From an uncultured Bacilli bacterium (lineage in GTDB: Bacteria > Bacillota_I > Bacilli_A > RFN20 > CAG-631), in NCBI GenBank assembly GCA_947627355.1, contig CANQVX010000005.1, forward strand, positions 21,341 through 85,340: a stretch of DNA of 64,000 nt. Direction: 5' to 3'. Both the position numbers and the translations under genes were made by a program. Positions 18,901-26,022 of this stretch are shown in pieces. Within the stretch, counting starts at the first letter, position 1, and the number at the start of each line of letters is the position of its first letter. Under the pieces are notes generated by a model. It saw only the letters and a program-made list of their open reading frames with translations. It searched no databases and was not told the DNA's origin.

Positions 18901-19618
18901 AGAAGAAATGATTAACTTAATTAAATCTTGTAGAACTTTAGGATTTACATCTATGGAAGTTACTTCATTTACATTAGCTGATTTCTTAAATAAAGCTACT
19001 GAAGAAGAAGTTCAAACAGTATTAAAATCTAAGATTAACAGTTATAACTTAGGAAAACAAATTGAAGATAACAATAAAGAAGGTGGAATCTTCAATCAAT
19101 TCTTGAAACTTCCTACTGATATGAATTGTTTCTATCTATTAAAAGACGGTGTTGAAGGTGATGTTTATCCATTCATGATTTCTATGACAAACATTTATCA
19201 AGATGAAAAATTACATAAAGTATTAGATGTATTAACAAGTGCAGCAGGCGCTTCAGAAGACATCTTAGGCGAAGATGATAGTGTTTATGAAAAATTAGCT
19301 GATAATATGACAAATGGTCGTATCTTAGTTGGAACAATTCCAAGTCTTGCAGATAAGTTTGTTGATGCATATAAAGGAGATACAAGTTTAATTAATACTG
19401 AAGATCTTCACAAAGCAATTCCTCAAGATAAAGATGCTAAATATTGGCGTGGTGAAAGAGTTACAGATGGTGAATTATATCGCTTCTTAATCGCTATGAA
19501 TCGTGTATCTAAATACAATGATTTAAAGAATAAACCTACTGAATTACAAAAAGCATTAGAAGAAATTCAAGCTTCTGAAATTGTTAAAGGAGTATTTAAA
19601 GCTCCAACATTAGGATAA
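12950..19618 (+). CDS. giant (2,222 aa) membrane-anchored repeat protein with a CvpA-like N-terminal membrane domain
   Basis: AAGGAGG at 12936-12942, 7 nt before ATG 12950. The uninterrupted 6.67-kb frame is far beyond chance in AT-rich DNA. N-terminal TM helices include ALTGLRRGL, resembling CvpA. See the repeat feature and findings. Confidence 0.88.
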   Translation: MNPQVVMYILYGVFAFIILIAALTGLRRGLNKSLYWFFVCIIFFALFFGTMNIASQGLYNTFLKDRVPDIIAELNLGIDPDITSSQVFLDHVYMIAQMAIKIVYFFALWIVFYFICWILWLAIFKRLLMGKKVSRKARKAAKNAPAIQEVEKVDTSKMTRKERKAYKIAQKKAAKQAKIDAKIAAKQARIDDKAARKRARYKARHETKYEKNVRYALYEQRALAAKNGAKAEAKKETRIEKEFRLGIEEELERRNKKKGKYKSSSRKESKYEKELRLAREEQQGKKRKKRRLLGGLVGIVRGCMSSFIILCLLNAVVALVPDFNREKVTASTDAQEEIATDFFYEFVKDKVSFIDDVLDYVEVYKDSVLNKVTKIKVNGTTIDLQFTDAFLSGSYKTKDGKTVKLNIFGEMKRLINVADMACELTEGFDLENVKFQALNERQQSLLENIIKSISDDDFIIGSIPAVISFGLVYDELSKTLTEYGIDETTFAKVDWKKDLKAISSIVKDVYALGENNDLTHIDYYNMDKTRVEKILTTFANLTVVQPSLKIAGRSLLANADFKDVIGEISDEFWDKVNAKDEILNIKEIYDHFVDSGVGTIIKEEQENGNDLNFLKILTSLSKEGNASAQLIISNLFESVFVKEVVENVVKHFVDQIEDENIKEMINLDVLHGEDGKADFNLWVNEINTVLELAKEVSVEGTIPLEKFDVKVIKNITVDTLLRSKLLTYATKTFLVNAAKGNDTLVKDASKYIDLPETLKDVNAPAWDSELKTTLTAFKKILDKIEDFDDILKSLPDVVEVLDNDEATLLDSDIIYYSINKALPEFLDTNIVAIPSTAPYYENGRISRDVLKEVITACSAIDVSSLLVTTTFTDEDGNQKTETKIKHTVDDAMVVFANLEDEQLKTISKSIILRATVTYNAKVSADDFIVIPSDCVTEKNVQFIDFEKNGSNAGTYDIISEKETVNLLKALKEFKDKDGNMLDFTKLEEKPQEILNYISTDAARKIFTSTSTQYSKIAHASISKFIIDKGAEGTLVIPNAGYEDTAKTLIKSSELVSIVDTVKKANVNFDTIEDDPLGVLDNLEISVVEDIVLKKNTATYSSIVHATLSKYLIDPGEESDKIFIVPESCTETIDGIKYVKDSEVINLVKVVKHETFKDLDLQNLTFKDLTIKGIYEARADLSKDVIIRATITDYLKKDASGIKVPVTALQEAGTTPYISEAEMLNLIESLNGLFIDPTKPETEELTLSSLDNLDISNFTLDKIKATKNSLVKSYIIRNIFTEQAAKELGEGVDKTLPEDCLDDKATKNGEQILSEQETSAIIDALDALNIDNFENVNIESISLTTINTNADTILASKLIHNKVSDEIASNNDLVVPTSVVENNRITKVQIKNLLQILTDLGVTDINNVNASSLVNSFTKELATKAFNSTEQAGYSAILHATVSDKLNKSDDVVVAPSLKTNTECFKKDPVDMITGSELVSLMSVVKTLDISDIENISFDSLKIDVIDTNKDAISESKILLATITKALEDANLTDIPVSSYDTTIEKDKKENISYYITVAEFKGLISSLKALEIDDFKAAKELDVATLNVSKIAEARTTLSTSAIIKKLVTVETVNALEKQDTGKDPFKIPDEVYDTEKLFTKVEFENLLNGISKLGITNLNAIDVDSLTVETLNTNLSDLLASKILHANITYTIKTLDNDNIIVPDTIYEDEGKVYITETELSSVLDSLQNVFLVNQLTSTEFDTKLNNLSVSTLSANMDKLLESQIMHYTISDKVLAQEATIVIPNKVKEAEGLLISKAELKSLMNGLSALGVTSVESNEFDKINSLSIKTLQEKASEKDETTKLDVLLNSAIMHYTISKQVLDQETKETIVVPDDVKVEEKEAISTTEIKNLINSLEVTGVDSITSIDAKALVDSTLGEKALDDVGLNTLFNSRIIEKTASKHIKDSFADSKSETIFRLPNNVKVTINEETVTVDYVANDVDKEEMINLIKSCRTLGFTSMEVTSFTLADFLNKATEEEVQTVLKSKINSYNLGKQIEDNNKEGGIFNQFLKLPTDMNCFYLLKDGVEGDVYPFMISMTNIYQDEKLHKVLDVLTSAAGASEDILGEDDSVYEKLADNMTNGRILVGTIPSLADKFVDAYKGDTSLINTEDLHKAIPQDKDAKYWRGERVTDGELYRFLIAMNRVSKYNDLKNKPTELQKALEEIQASEIVKGVFKAPTLG
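15100..18960 (+). repeat. degenerate tandem coding repeats (about 75-95 aa per unit, at least 14 units) inside the giant gene
   Basis: Recurrent paired motifs. Motif A: S-x-I-[ILM]-[HR]-[AY]-T-[IV]-[ST]...[IV]-[IV]-P (KIAHASISKF, SIVHATLSKY, AILHATVSDK, KILHANITYT, QIMHYTISDK, AIMHYTISKQ). Motif B: I-[ST]-x-x-E-[LIM]-x-x-L-[IM]-x-x-L-x-x-L-G-[IV] (ISKAELKSLMNGLSALGV, FTKVEFENLLNGISKLGI, ITKVQIKNLLQILTDLGV). Copies near 18246 and 18507 are also similar at the nucleotide level. Confidence 0.7.
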
Positions 19619-19637
19619 ACCAATAGTTTATAAAATT

Positions 19638-19671
19638 AGTTCCTTACTTTAATTAGTAGGGAACTTTTTTT
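19638..19671 (+). terminator. rho-independent terminator of the giant gene
   Basis: AGTTCCTTAC / GTAGGGAACT stem (one G-U pair), 8-nt loop, then T6. Confidence 0.8.
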
Positions 19672-19735
19672 ATGGGCAAATGCCAAACAATAAAAAGACT
19701 TATTTAATACTATATAGTAGTCAAGTGGTGATGAT

Positions 19736-20476
19736 ATGGAAAATGAAATTGAATTTAAACATGTTAATAAATCATTTTATTCTTTAAAAGGTGAAACCAA
19801 TGTCTTGAAAGATATCAATTTCATTGTTAAAAAAGGTGAAATTGTAGCTATTATTGGCCCATCAGGATGTGGTAAATCAACCATTCTTAATTTGATAAGT
19901 GGTCTAACAATTCCTGATGATGGCAAGGTTATAACAAATAAAAAAGTAGGTTACATGTTTCAAAAAGATAACCTTTTTGATTGGAAAAACGTTTATAAAA
20001 ATATAACCTTAGGAATGGAAATAAAAAAACTAAAAGTAGATGAAAAAAGAATTGATGAATTATTAACCAAATATGGTTTAATTGATTTTAAATATCATTA
20101 TCCTAAGGAATTATCAGGTGGTATGAGACAAAGAGTAGCCTTGCTTAGAACTCTAGTCTTAGATCCTGATATTCTTTTACTTGATGAACCATTTTCATCA
20201 TTAGATTATCAAACCAAAATAACAGTTCAAGATGATATCTATAAAATCATCAAAGAAACTAAAAAGACAACCATTTTAGTAACTCATGATATAACTGAAG
20301 CTATTGCTATTGCGGATACTGTAATAGTCCTTAGTAAAAGGCCCTCTAGTATTAAAAAAATCTATCAAATAGACTTAGAACTAAACGAAGAAAAAACACC
20401 ATTAAAAGCTAGAAACAGCATTAAATTTAAAGATTATTTTAATTTGATTTATAAGGAACTTGATATCCATGAATAA
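19736..20476 (+). CDS. ABC importer ATP-binding protein (NitT/TauT nitrate/sulfonate/taurine-type)
   Basis: Walker A GPSGCGKST, signature LSGGMRQR, Walker B LLLLDEPFS. Length and order (ATPase-permease-SBP) are typical of SsuB/TauB-like systems. Confidence 0.9.
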   Translation: MENEIEFKHVNKSFYSLKGETNVLKDINFIVKKGEIVAIIGPSGCGKSTILNLISGLTIPDDGKVITNKKVGYMFQKDNLFDWKNVYKNITLGMEIKKLKVDEKRIDELLTKYGLIDFKYHYPKELSGGMRQRVALLRTLVLDPDILLLDEPFSSLDYQTKITVQDDIYKIIKETKKTTILVTHDITEAIAIADTVIVLSKRPSSIKKIYQIDLELNEEKTPLKARNSIKFKDYFNLIYKELDIHE

Positions 20477-21266
20477 GAATTTAACTAATCAAGAAAAATA
20501 TGTAAAAGATTATAAACGTAAGAGATTACTTATTCATTTATGTCAAATAGGTTTAGTCATCCTATTTATTGGTACATGGGAGTTATTTTCAAGTGTTGGT
20601 ATCTTAGATGAGTTCTTGTTTTCTAAGCCTTCAGCAATAGTAAAACTACTAATACAATATATAAAAAGTAAAGAAATCTTTCATCATGTAGGTATCTCAT
20701 TATTAGAAACCTTGTTAGGTTTAGTTATTGGTACAAGTTTAGGTATTATCATTGCAATTTTATTATGGTTTAGTAAGACTTTAACTAAGATACTTGATCC
20801 ATTTCTAGTTGTTTTAAATGCTTTACCTAAGACAGCATTAGCACCTATTTTAATTATCTTTGCTGGTACTGGTATTAAAGGTATTGTTGTAGTTGCTATT
20901 TCTTTATCACTTGTGATGACTATTATCAGTGCTTTGAATTTCTTTTTACATGTTGATGAAGATAAATTAAAAATGCTTAAAAGCTTTAAAGCATCTAGAA
21001 TCCAAATACTTACCAAATTAGTATTGCCATCTAATACTAAAAACCTCTTAAGCATTATAAAAATAAACATCGGAATGTCTTGGGTTGGTGTAATTGTTGG
21101 TGAGTTTTTAGTATCTAGATTTGGTATTGGTTATCTGGTTGTTTATGGTGGTCAAGTATTTAAACTTGACTTGGTAATGATGGGTGTATTTGTTTTAGCA
21201 ATTCTTGCTTATTTGATGTATCTAATCGTTACTTTGTTTGAAAAATATTATAAAAATAAACGATAG
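20469..21266 (+). CDS. ABC importer permease (BPD-type, SsuC/TauC-like)
   Basis: Six TM segments. EAA-loop region KMLKSFKASRIQILTKLVLPS. ATG at 20469 overlaps the upstream stop. Confidence 0.85.
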   Translation: MNKNLTNQEKYVKDYKRKRLLIHLCQIGLVILFIGTWELFSSVGILDEFLFSKPSAIVKLLIQYIKSKEIFHHVGISLLETLLGLVIGTSLGIIIAILLWFSKTLTKILDPFLVVLNALPKTALAPILIIFAGTGIKGIVVVAISLSLVMTIISALNFFLHVDEDKLKMLKSFKASRIQILTKLVLPSNTKNLLSIIKINIGMSWVGVIVGEFLVSRFGIGYLVVYGGQVFKLDLVMMGVFVLAILAYLMYLIVTLFEKYYKNKR

Positions 21267-21278
21267 AAAGGGAAATTT

Positions 21279-22280
21279 ATGAAAAATAAGAAGTTTATTT
21301 ATCCATTATTAATTTTACTTACACCACTTAGTTTATCAGCTTGTTCTAAAAACGAAAACAAGATAACAATAGCTGAAGTAACTCATAGTATTTTCTATGC
21401 TCCTATGTATGTTGCTATTAACGAAGGTTTTTTTAAGGATGAAGGCTTAGATGTTAAAATTATAACAACTCCAGGAGCAGATAAAACAATGGCAGCCTTA
21501 TTATCAAAAGAAGCCAAAATAGGTTTAATGGGCCCTGAAGCTTCAGTCTATGTCTATAATAATGGCCAAAAGAATTATGCCATTAACTTTGCTCAACTAA
21601 CTCAAAAAGATGGGAGTTTTCTAGTATCAAGAGATAACTATCCTAACTTTACTTATGATGATTTAAAAGGGCATACCATAATTGGTGGAAGAAAAGGTGG
21701 TATGCCTGAAATGATATTAGAATATGTTTTGAAAAACAAAGGTTATGAAGTTGGAAGAGATGATCCTAGTAAAGAAATCCATATTCGTACTGATATTGCT
21801 TTTGATGTTATGGGTGGTGCCTTTTCGTCAGGTGAAGGTGATTTTGTAACCTTATTTGAACCAGCAGCAACACAAATGGAAAAACTTAATTTAGGCCATA
21901 TTGTCTCATCATTAGGCTCAGAATCGGGAAACATTCCATATACCTGTTTTTCAAGTCTAAAAAGTTATCATAAAAGTAATCCTAAACAAATTCAAAAGTT
22001 TACTAATGCGATTTATAAAGCCTTAGTGTATGTAAATACTAATGATGCCTTAACAATTGCTAAATCAATTCAAAAAAGTTTTACTTCAAGTGATTTAGAA
22101 GAACTAACCACTGTTATTAGTCGTTATAAATCAATTGAAGCATGGCCAACAGATTTGAAATTAACTAAAGATAGTTTTGATAAGTTACAAGAAATAGTAG
22201 AACTTGCTGGTGAACTAACTAAAAGAGCGCCATATGATAAACTTGTAACAAATAAATATGTAGATAGCATAACTAAGTAA
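21279..22280 (+). CDS. ABC substrate-binding lipoprotein (NMT1/THI5-SsuA-like)
   Basis: Lipobox LSAC. Periplasmic-binding-protein length. Directly follows the permease. Confidence 0.8.
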   Translation: MKNKKFIYPLLILLTPLSLSACSKNENKITIAEVTHSIFYAPMYVAINEGFFKDEGLDVKIITTPGADKTMAALLSKEAKIGLMGPEASVYVYNNGQKNYAINFAQLTQKDGSFLVSRDNYPNFTYDDLKGHTIIGGRKGGMPEMILEYVLKNKGYEVGRDDPSKEIHIRTDIAFDVMGGAFSSGEGDFVTLFEPAATQMEKLNLGHIVSSLGSESGNIPYTCFSSLKSYHKSNPKQIQKFTNAIYKALVYVNTNDALTIAKSIQKSFTSSDLEELTTVISRYKSIEAWPTDLKLTKDSFDKLQEIVELAGELTKRAPYDKLVTNKYVDSITK

Positions 22281-22282
22281 AT

Positions 22283-22320
22283 AAAACAGCTCTCAATTTA
22301 TTTTGAGAGCTGTTTTATCG
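22283..22320. terminator. bidirectional rho-independent terminator
   Basis: Perfect 14-bp stem AAAACAGCTCTCAA / TTGAGAGCTGTTTT with a 6-nt loop, between convergent genes. Confidence 0.85.
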
Positions 22321-22386
22321 ACAAAATCAATAAAATTAAAATTACCGATAGAATCATTAAAATATATAAAATTTATCGATATAATC

Positions 22387-22914
22387 TCAATTTTTATAAA
22401 TTAATTTAGGACCAATCTTATCTTTTAAAAATGATTCAAAATCTTCTGTTGTACCTTGTACTAAACATGACTTATCTAAAATATAATATTGTCTAGTGTT
22501 AGTTGTATAAATAATATAAGAATTCTTTTCAACTATAACTTTTTTAATAAAGTCATATATTACTTTAAAGCCATTTTCAAACGAATTAACTTTTGCTATT
22601 TCAAGATTCATAGCATTTTCATCAAATGTAAGTGTTACTTTTACATCATCACCAATATAAGGTGATGCTTTAGTTATTGAAAAATTGATAAACATTGATA
22701 AACCAATACAAATTGGAGTAAACAAGCAGCCAAATACAATTATAGAAATTCCAAAATTTACATCATTATTATTATCTTTAAAAACAATTGCTAAGATACC
22801 AAAAGTTATTAAAAGAAGTGACATAATAATATAAATCCAGGAAAGTTTTTTAAATGCTTTACGTTGAACTTTTTTTATGTATTTCTTATCATTAACTGTT
22901 TCAAATATAAACAT
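22387..22914 (-). CDS. small membrane protein, YcxB-like topology
   Basis: Two central TM helices followed by a soluble C-terminal domain. Start set at the ATG preceded by AAGGTGA, which overlaps the rpe stop. Confidence 0.5.
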   Translation of the reverse strand: MFIFETVNDKKYIKKVQRKAFKKLSWIYIIMSLLLITFGILAIVFKDNNNDVNFGISIIVFGCLFTPICIGLSMFINFSITKASPYIGDDVKVTLTFDENAMNLEIAKVNSFENGFKVIYDFIKKVIVEKNSYIIYTTNTRQYYILDKSCLVQGTTEDFESFLKDKIGPKLIYKN

Positions 22915-22924
22915 AGTTATCACC

Positions 22925-23584
22925 TTATAATTTCTTTAATTTTTGAATCTTTTCTTTGATTTTATCATCTTTTAAGTATGAACCTGCTACTAATACATCA
23001 ACCCCAGCATCAATAGCTAGTTTTGCTGTTTTTTCATTAATACCACCATCAACTTCAATTAAACACTTATAGCCACGGCTATGAATATAATCATATAAAG
23101 TTTTAATTCTTTGAGTAGCATTTTCAATATAAGATTGACCACCAAAACCAGGTTCAACTGACATAACTAAAACTAAATCAACATCTTTTAAATATGGAAG
23201 TACATATTCAAGAGGTGTTTCAGGTTTGATTGAAATACCAACCATGATTTTCTTTTCTTTGATTTTTTTAATTAAATCTAATACATCTGATTTCTTTTTA
23301 TAAGCTTCTAGATGAAAAGTAATAAGATTGGCATTTAATTCAACAAATTTATCAACATATAGATGAGGATTAACAATCATCAAATGCACATCTTTAAAGA
23401 TCTTAGCATCTTTAAATGTTTCACATACTGGAATACCAAACGAAATATTGTTTACAAAGACACCATCCATGATATCTAAATGTAACCAATCAGCTTTAGC
23501 ATTAATAATGCGATTAACTTCTTTATTTAACTCACCAAAGTTAAATGATAATAATGAAGGGGCAACTTTAATTACTTTTTCCAT
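22925..23584 (-). CDS. rpe: ribulose-phosphate 3-epimerase
   Basis: Motifs HLDIMDG, VHLM, MSVEPGFGGQ and VDGGI. Conserved position after rsgA. Confidence 0.95.
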   Translation of the reverse strand: MEKVIKVAPSLLSFNFGELNKEVNRIINAKADWLHLDIMDGVFVNNISFGIPVCETFKDAKIFKDVHLMIVNPHLYVDKFVELNANLITFHLEAYKKKSDVLDLIKKIKEKKIMVGISIKPETPLEYVLPYLKDVDLVLVMSVEPGFGGQSYIENATQRIKTLYDYIHSRGYKCLIEVDGGINEKTAKLAIDAGVDVLVAGSYLKDDKIKEKIQKLKKL

Positions 23585-24441
23585 TTCTTTTCACTCCTAA
23601 CTTCTTTTAATAATTGTAAGTAATTTTGATAACGTGTTGGATGAATTAAACCATCGTTTACTGCTTCAATAACTTTACAATCTGGTTCATTTTCATGAAG
23701 ACAGGTGTTATATTTACAACCAACAGCATATTTATCAAAATCTTTAAATATTCTTGCTAAACTTGTCTCTTCAATGTTTAGCATTAGTTTTGAAAAACCA
23801 GGAGTATCAGCAACCAAACTATCGTTGATTTGAATGAATTCAACTTCTCTAGTTTGGTGTTTTCCTCTACCTAGTTTTTTACTATATTCCCCAATTGACC
23901 GATAGTTTTTATCAATTAGGCTATTTATCAAACTGCTTTTTCCAACAGCACTTTGACCACATAGAACAACTTTTTTATGGCTCATGATTTCTTTTATCTT
24001 ATCAATATTGATGTTTTCATGGGCTGAAAAACAAATAACTTGATAACCAGCAGCAATATAATTATCGATTAGGACTTTCAAGTCATCTTGCATATATTCA
24101 CATTTAGAAACACAAATAACAGGTTCAATGTTTGCCATTTCGATTTGAACAATTAGTTTATCAACTAGATATGAATCAAACCTAGGACTAACTGTTGACA
24201 TGATAATTAAAGCTATGTCAATGTTTGAAACTGCCGGTCGAATCAAAGAATTTTTCCTGTCATAGATTTTTATAATGTTACCATGGTTATTAGTTTTGTC
24301 ATAACTAAATTCAACTTCATCACCACAAATTGGTTTCATATTTAGATTACGAAATAAGCCTCTTGCTTTAACGACATAGAGTTTATTATCAGATAGGATG
24401 CTATAATCACCAGCAACTGATTTAACAATAGTACCAATCAT
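23572..24441 (-). CDS. rsgA: ribosome small-subunit biogenesis GTPase RsgA
   Basis: Circularly permuted GTPase (VSKCEY..., GQSAVGKSSLIN, DTPGF) with a C-terminal zinc knuckle CKYNTCLHENEPDC. Confidence 0.92.
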   Translation of the reverse strand: MIGTIVKSVAGDYSILSDNKLYVVKARGLFRNLNMKPICGDEVEFSYDKTNNHGNIIKIYDRKNSLIRPAVSNIDIALIIMSTVSPRFDSYLVDKLIVQIEMANIEPVICVSKCEYMQDDLKVLIDNYIAAGYQVICFSAHENINIDKIKEIMSHKKVVLCGQSAVGKSSLINSLIDKNYRSIGEYSKKLGRGKHQTREVEFIQINDSLVADTPGFSKLMLNIEETSLARIFKDFDKYAVGCKYNTCLHENEPDCKVIEAVNDGLIHPTRYQNYLQLLKEVRSEKKWKK

Positions 24442-25295
24442 TTTATTTTGTACCTCTTTTTATATTTAGCATAGGCTTTATCTAAGTCATCTTTGAATTC
24501 AACAACAGTTAAATATCTAGTATCAAATGTCTTAGCACAAGCTTTATTTATAATCTTTTCAAAACTCTTTGGTATTTTTTTATTTAATTTATGAATACGT
24601 GGTAATGGTTGTAATCTATGAGCAGCTAATACTGCTAGTGCTTCACTAGCAATAAAAGGCGGTTTACCATTTAATAATTCAAACATAGTTATACCAACCG
24701 AATAAATATCAGATTGTTCAGTGTATTTACCACCACTTTGAGCTACTTCAGGATCAAGATATGTAGGTGAACAAACGATAGAATGTTCACCAGTAATACT
24801 GCCATCATATTTTGTATAAATAATAGCAGTACCAAAGTCTAGTAAGACCACTTGACCATCGTTTTTAACAACGATATTTTGTGGTTTAATATCTCTATGA
24901 ATGATTTTATATTTATGAACTTCAATTAAAGCATCGCAGATTTGTGATAAGATATCATAAGCTTCAGGAATAGTTAACTTTCCCCTTTTTCTTAGTAACT
25001 CACGAGCAGTGATTCCTTTAACGAATTCCATAACAATATAAGCATGATCGTTATAAAAACCAACATCATAAACTTTAATTATATTTTTACTACTAACAGT
25101 ACAGATTGTTTGGATTTCTCTTATATATCTTTGATATTGAGGGGAATCTTTAACAACTGGTTCTTTTAATATTTTAACGGCTACTGGAATGTTTAAAACT
25201 GAATCATGAGCAAGAAAAACAGTGGCAAAGCCCCCAGCACCTATTTTTGAATTAACGTAATATCTGTTTTCAATAACAAAAGGAGGCTCAAGCAT
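24438..25295 (-). CDS. prkC: Ser/Thr protein kinase, kinase domain only (PrkC-like, no TM or PASTA region)
   Basis: Hanks motifs GAGGFATV, VAVK, HRDIKPQN, DFG and SPTYLDPE. Start set at the ATG that overlaps the stp stop (ATGCTTGA), giving 285 aa. Confidence 0.9.
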   Translation of the reverse strand: MLEPPFVIENRYYVNSKIGAGGFATVFLAHDSVLNIPVAVKILKEPVVKDSPQYQRYIREIQTICTVSSKNIIKVYDVGFYNDHAYIVMEFVKGITARELLRKRGKLTIPEAYDILSQICDALIEVHKYKIIHRDIKPQNIVVKNDGQVVLLDFGTAIIYTKYDGSITGEHSIVCSPTYLDPEVAQSGGKYTEQSDIYSVGITMFELLNGKPPFIASEALAVLAAHRLQPLPRIHKLNKKIPKSFEKIINKACAKTFDTRYLTVVEFKDDLDKAYAKYKKRYKIK

Positions 25296-26022
25296 TAGCC
25301 AAGTCCTCACTTTCAAGTAAAATAAAGGTAATGTTATCAGGGCCACCCATACTGTTAATCTTATTTATGAGTTCATCGCCCTTTTCAATAATTGAATCAG
25401 TCGAATTTAAAGCCTTTAGTAGTTTCTTTCCATCTAAGCAGTTATGTAAGCCATCACTACAAATAATGATGTTTTCATGTGGGTTTAAAGGAATTTCACC
25501 AATATCAACACTGATTTCTTTATTAATGCCCAAAGCATTAGTTAAAACGTGTCTCTTTGGATGGGTTTTAGCTTGTTTATAAGTGATGTAGCCACGTTGA
25601 AGCAAGGTGTTAACAAGAGTGTGGTCGGTAGTGATTTGGCTAATGTTATTAGCATCATAGGTGTAGATTCTACTATCACCAACATGAGCATAATAAAACT
25701 TTCCTTCATGACAAATAACGCCAGAACAAGTAGTTCCCATACCTACAAATTCGGGTTGTTCTTTTGCTTGATTATAAATAGCATCATTTGCTTTTTGAAT
25801 GGTTTCATATAACCAAACACCAACAGATTTGATATCAGGATTACGATAAGCGTTATCAATGATTTCAATAGTCTTATTAGCAGCATAAGAACCACCAATA
25901 TGACCGCCCATTCCATCACAAACAAAAGCTATAAAGTTATCTTTATCTTTTTCTTTGTAGAAATAAGCATCTTCATTACTTTGTCTTACCAAACCAGTAT
26001 CTGTTTTTGCATAAATTTTCAT
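25288..26022 (-). CDS. stp: PP2C-family Ser/Thr phosphatase
   Basis: Motifs RQSNEDA, VCDGMGGH, CSDGL and GGPDNIT. Paired with the kinase as in the prpC-prkC arrangement. Confidence 0.92.
   Translation of the reverse strand: MKIYAKTDTGLVRQSNEDAYFYKEKDKDNFIAFVCDGMGGHIGGSYAANKTIEIIDNAYRNPDIKSVGVWLYETIQKANDAIYNQAKEQPEFVGMGTTCSGVICHEGKFYYAHVGDSRIYTYDANNISQITTDHTLVNTLLQRGYITYKQAKTHPKRHVLTNALGINKEISVDIGEIPLNPHENIIICSDGLHNCLDGKKLLKALNSTDSIIEKGDELINKINSMGGPDNITFILLESEDLANA

Noticed and set aside
13349-19385. About ten minus-strand ORFs of 65-109 aa inside the giant gene (for example 13349-13564, 13591-13920, 17245-17520, 18541-18837)
   Set aside because: All lie antisense to one continuous 6.67-kb frame. 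Their Ser/Leu/Phe-rich composition mirrors the Glu/Lys/Asp-rich sense strand, and none has an RBS.
19619-19735. Possible TPP or other riboswitch upstream of the NMT1/THI5-like ABC importer
   Set aside because: Only 117 nt, of which about 35 are the upstream terminator. No CTGAGA / ACCTGATCTGGATAATGCCAGCG-type conserved TPP elements are visible.
20684-21070. 128-aa minus-strand ORF inside the ABC permease gene
   Set aside because: Antisense shadow ORF. The plus-strand frame has the permease TM pattern and operon context.
25331-25812. Plus-strand ORFs antisense to the PP2C phosphatase gene
   Set aside because: Antisense to a gene with complete PP2C motifs, and no RBS.
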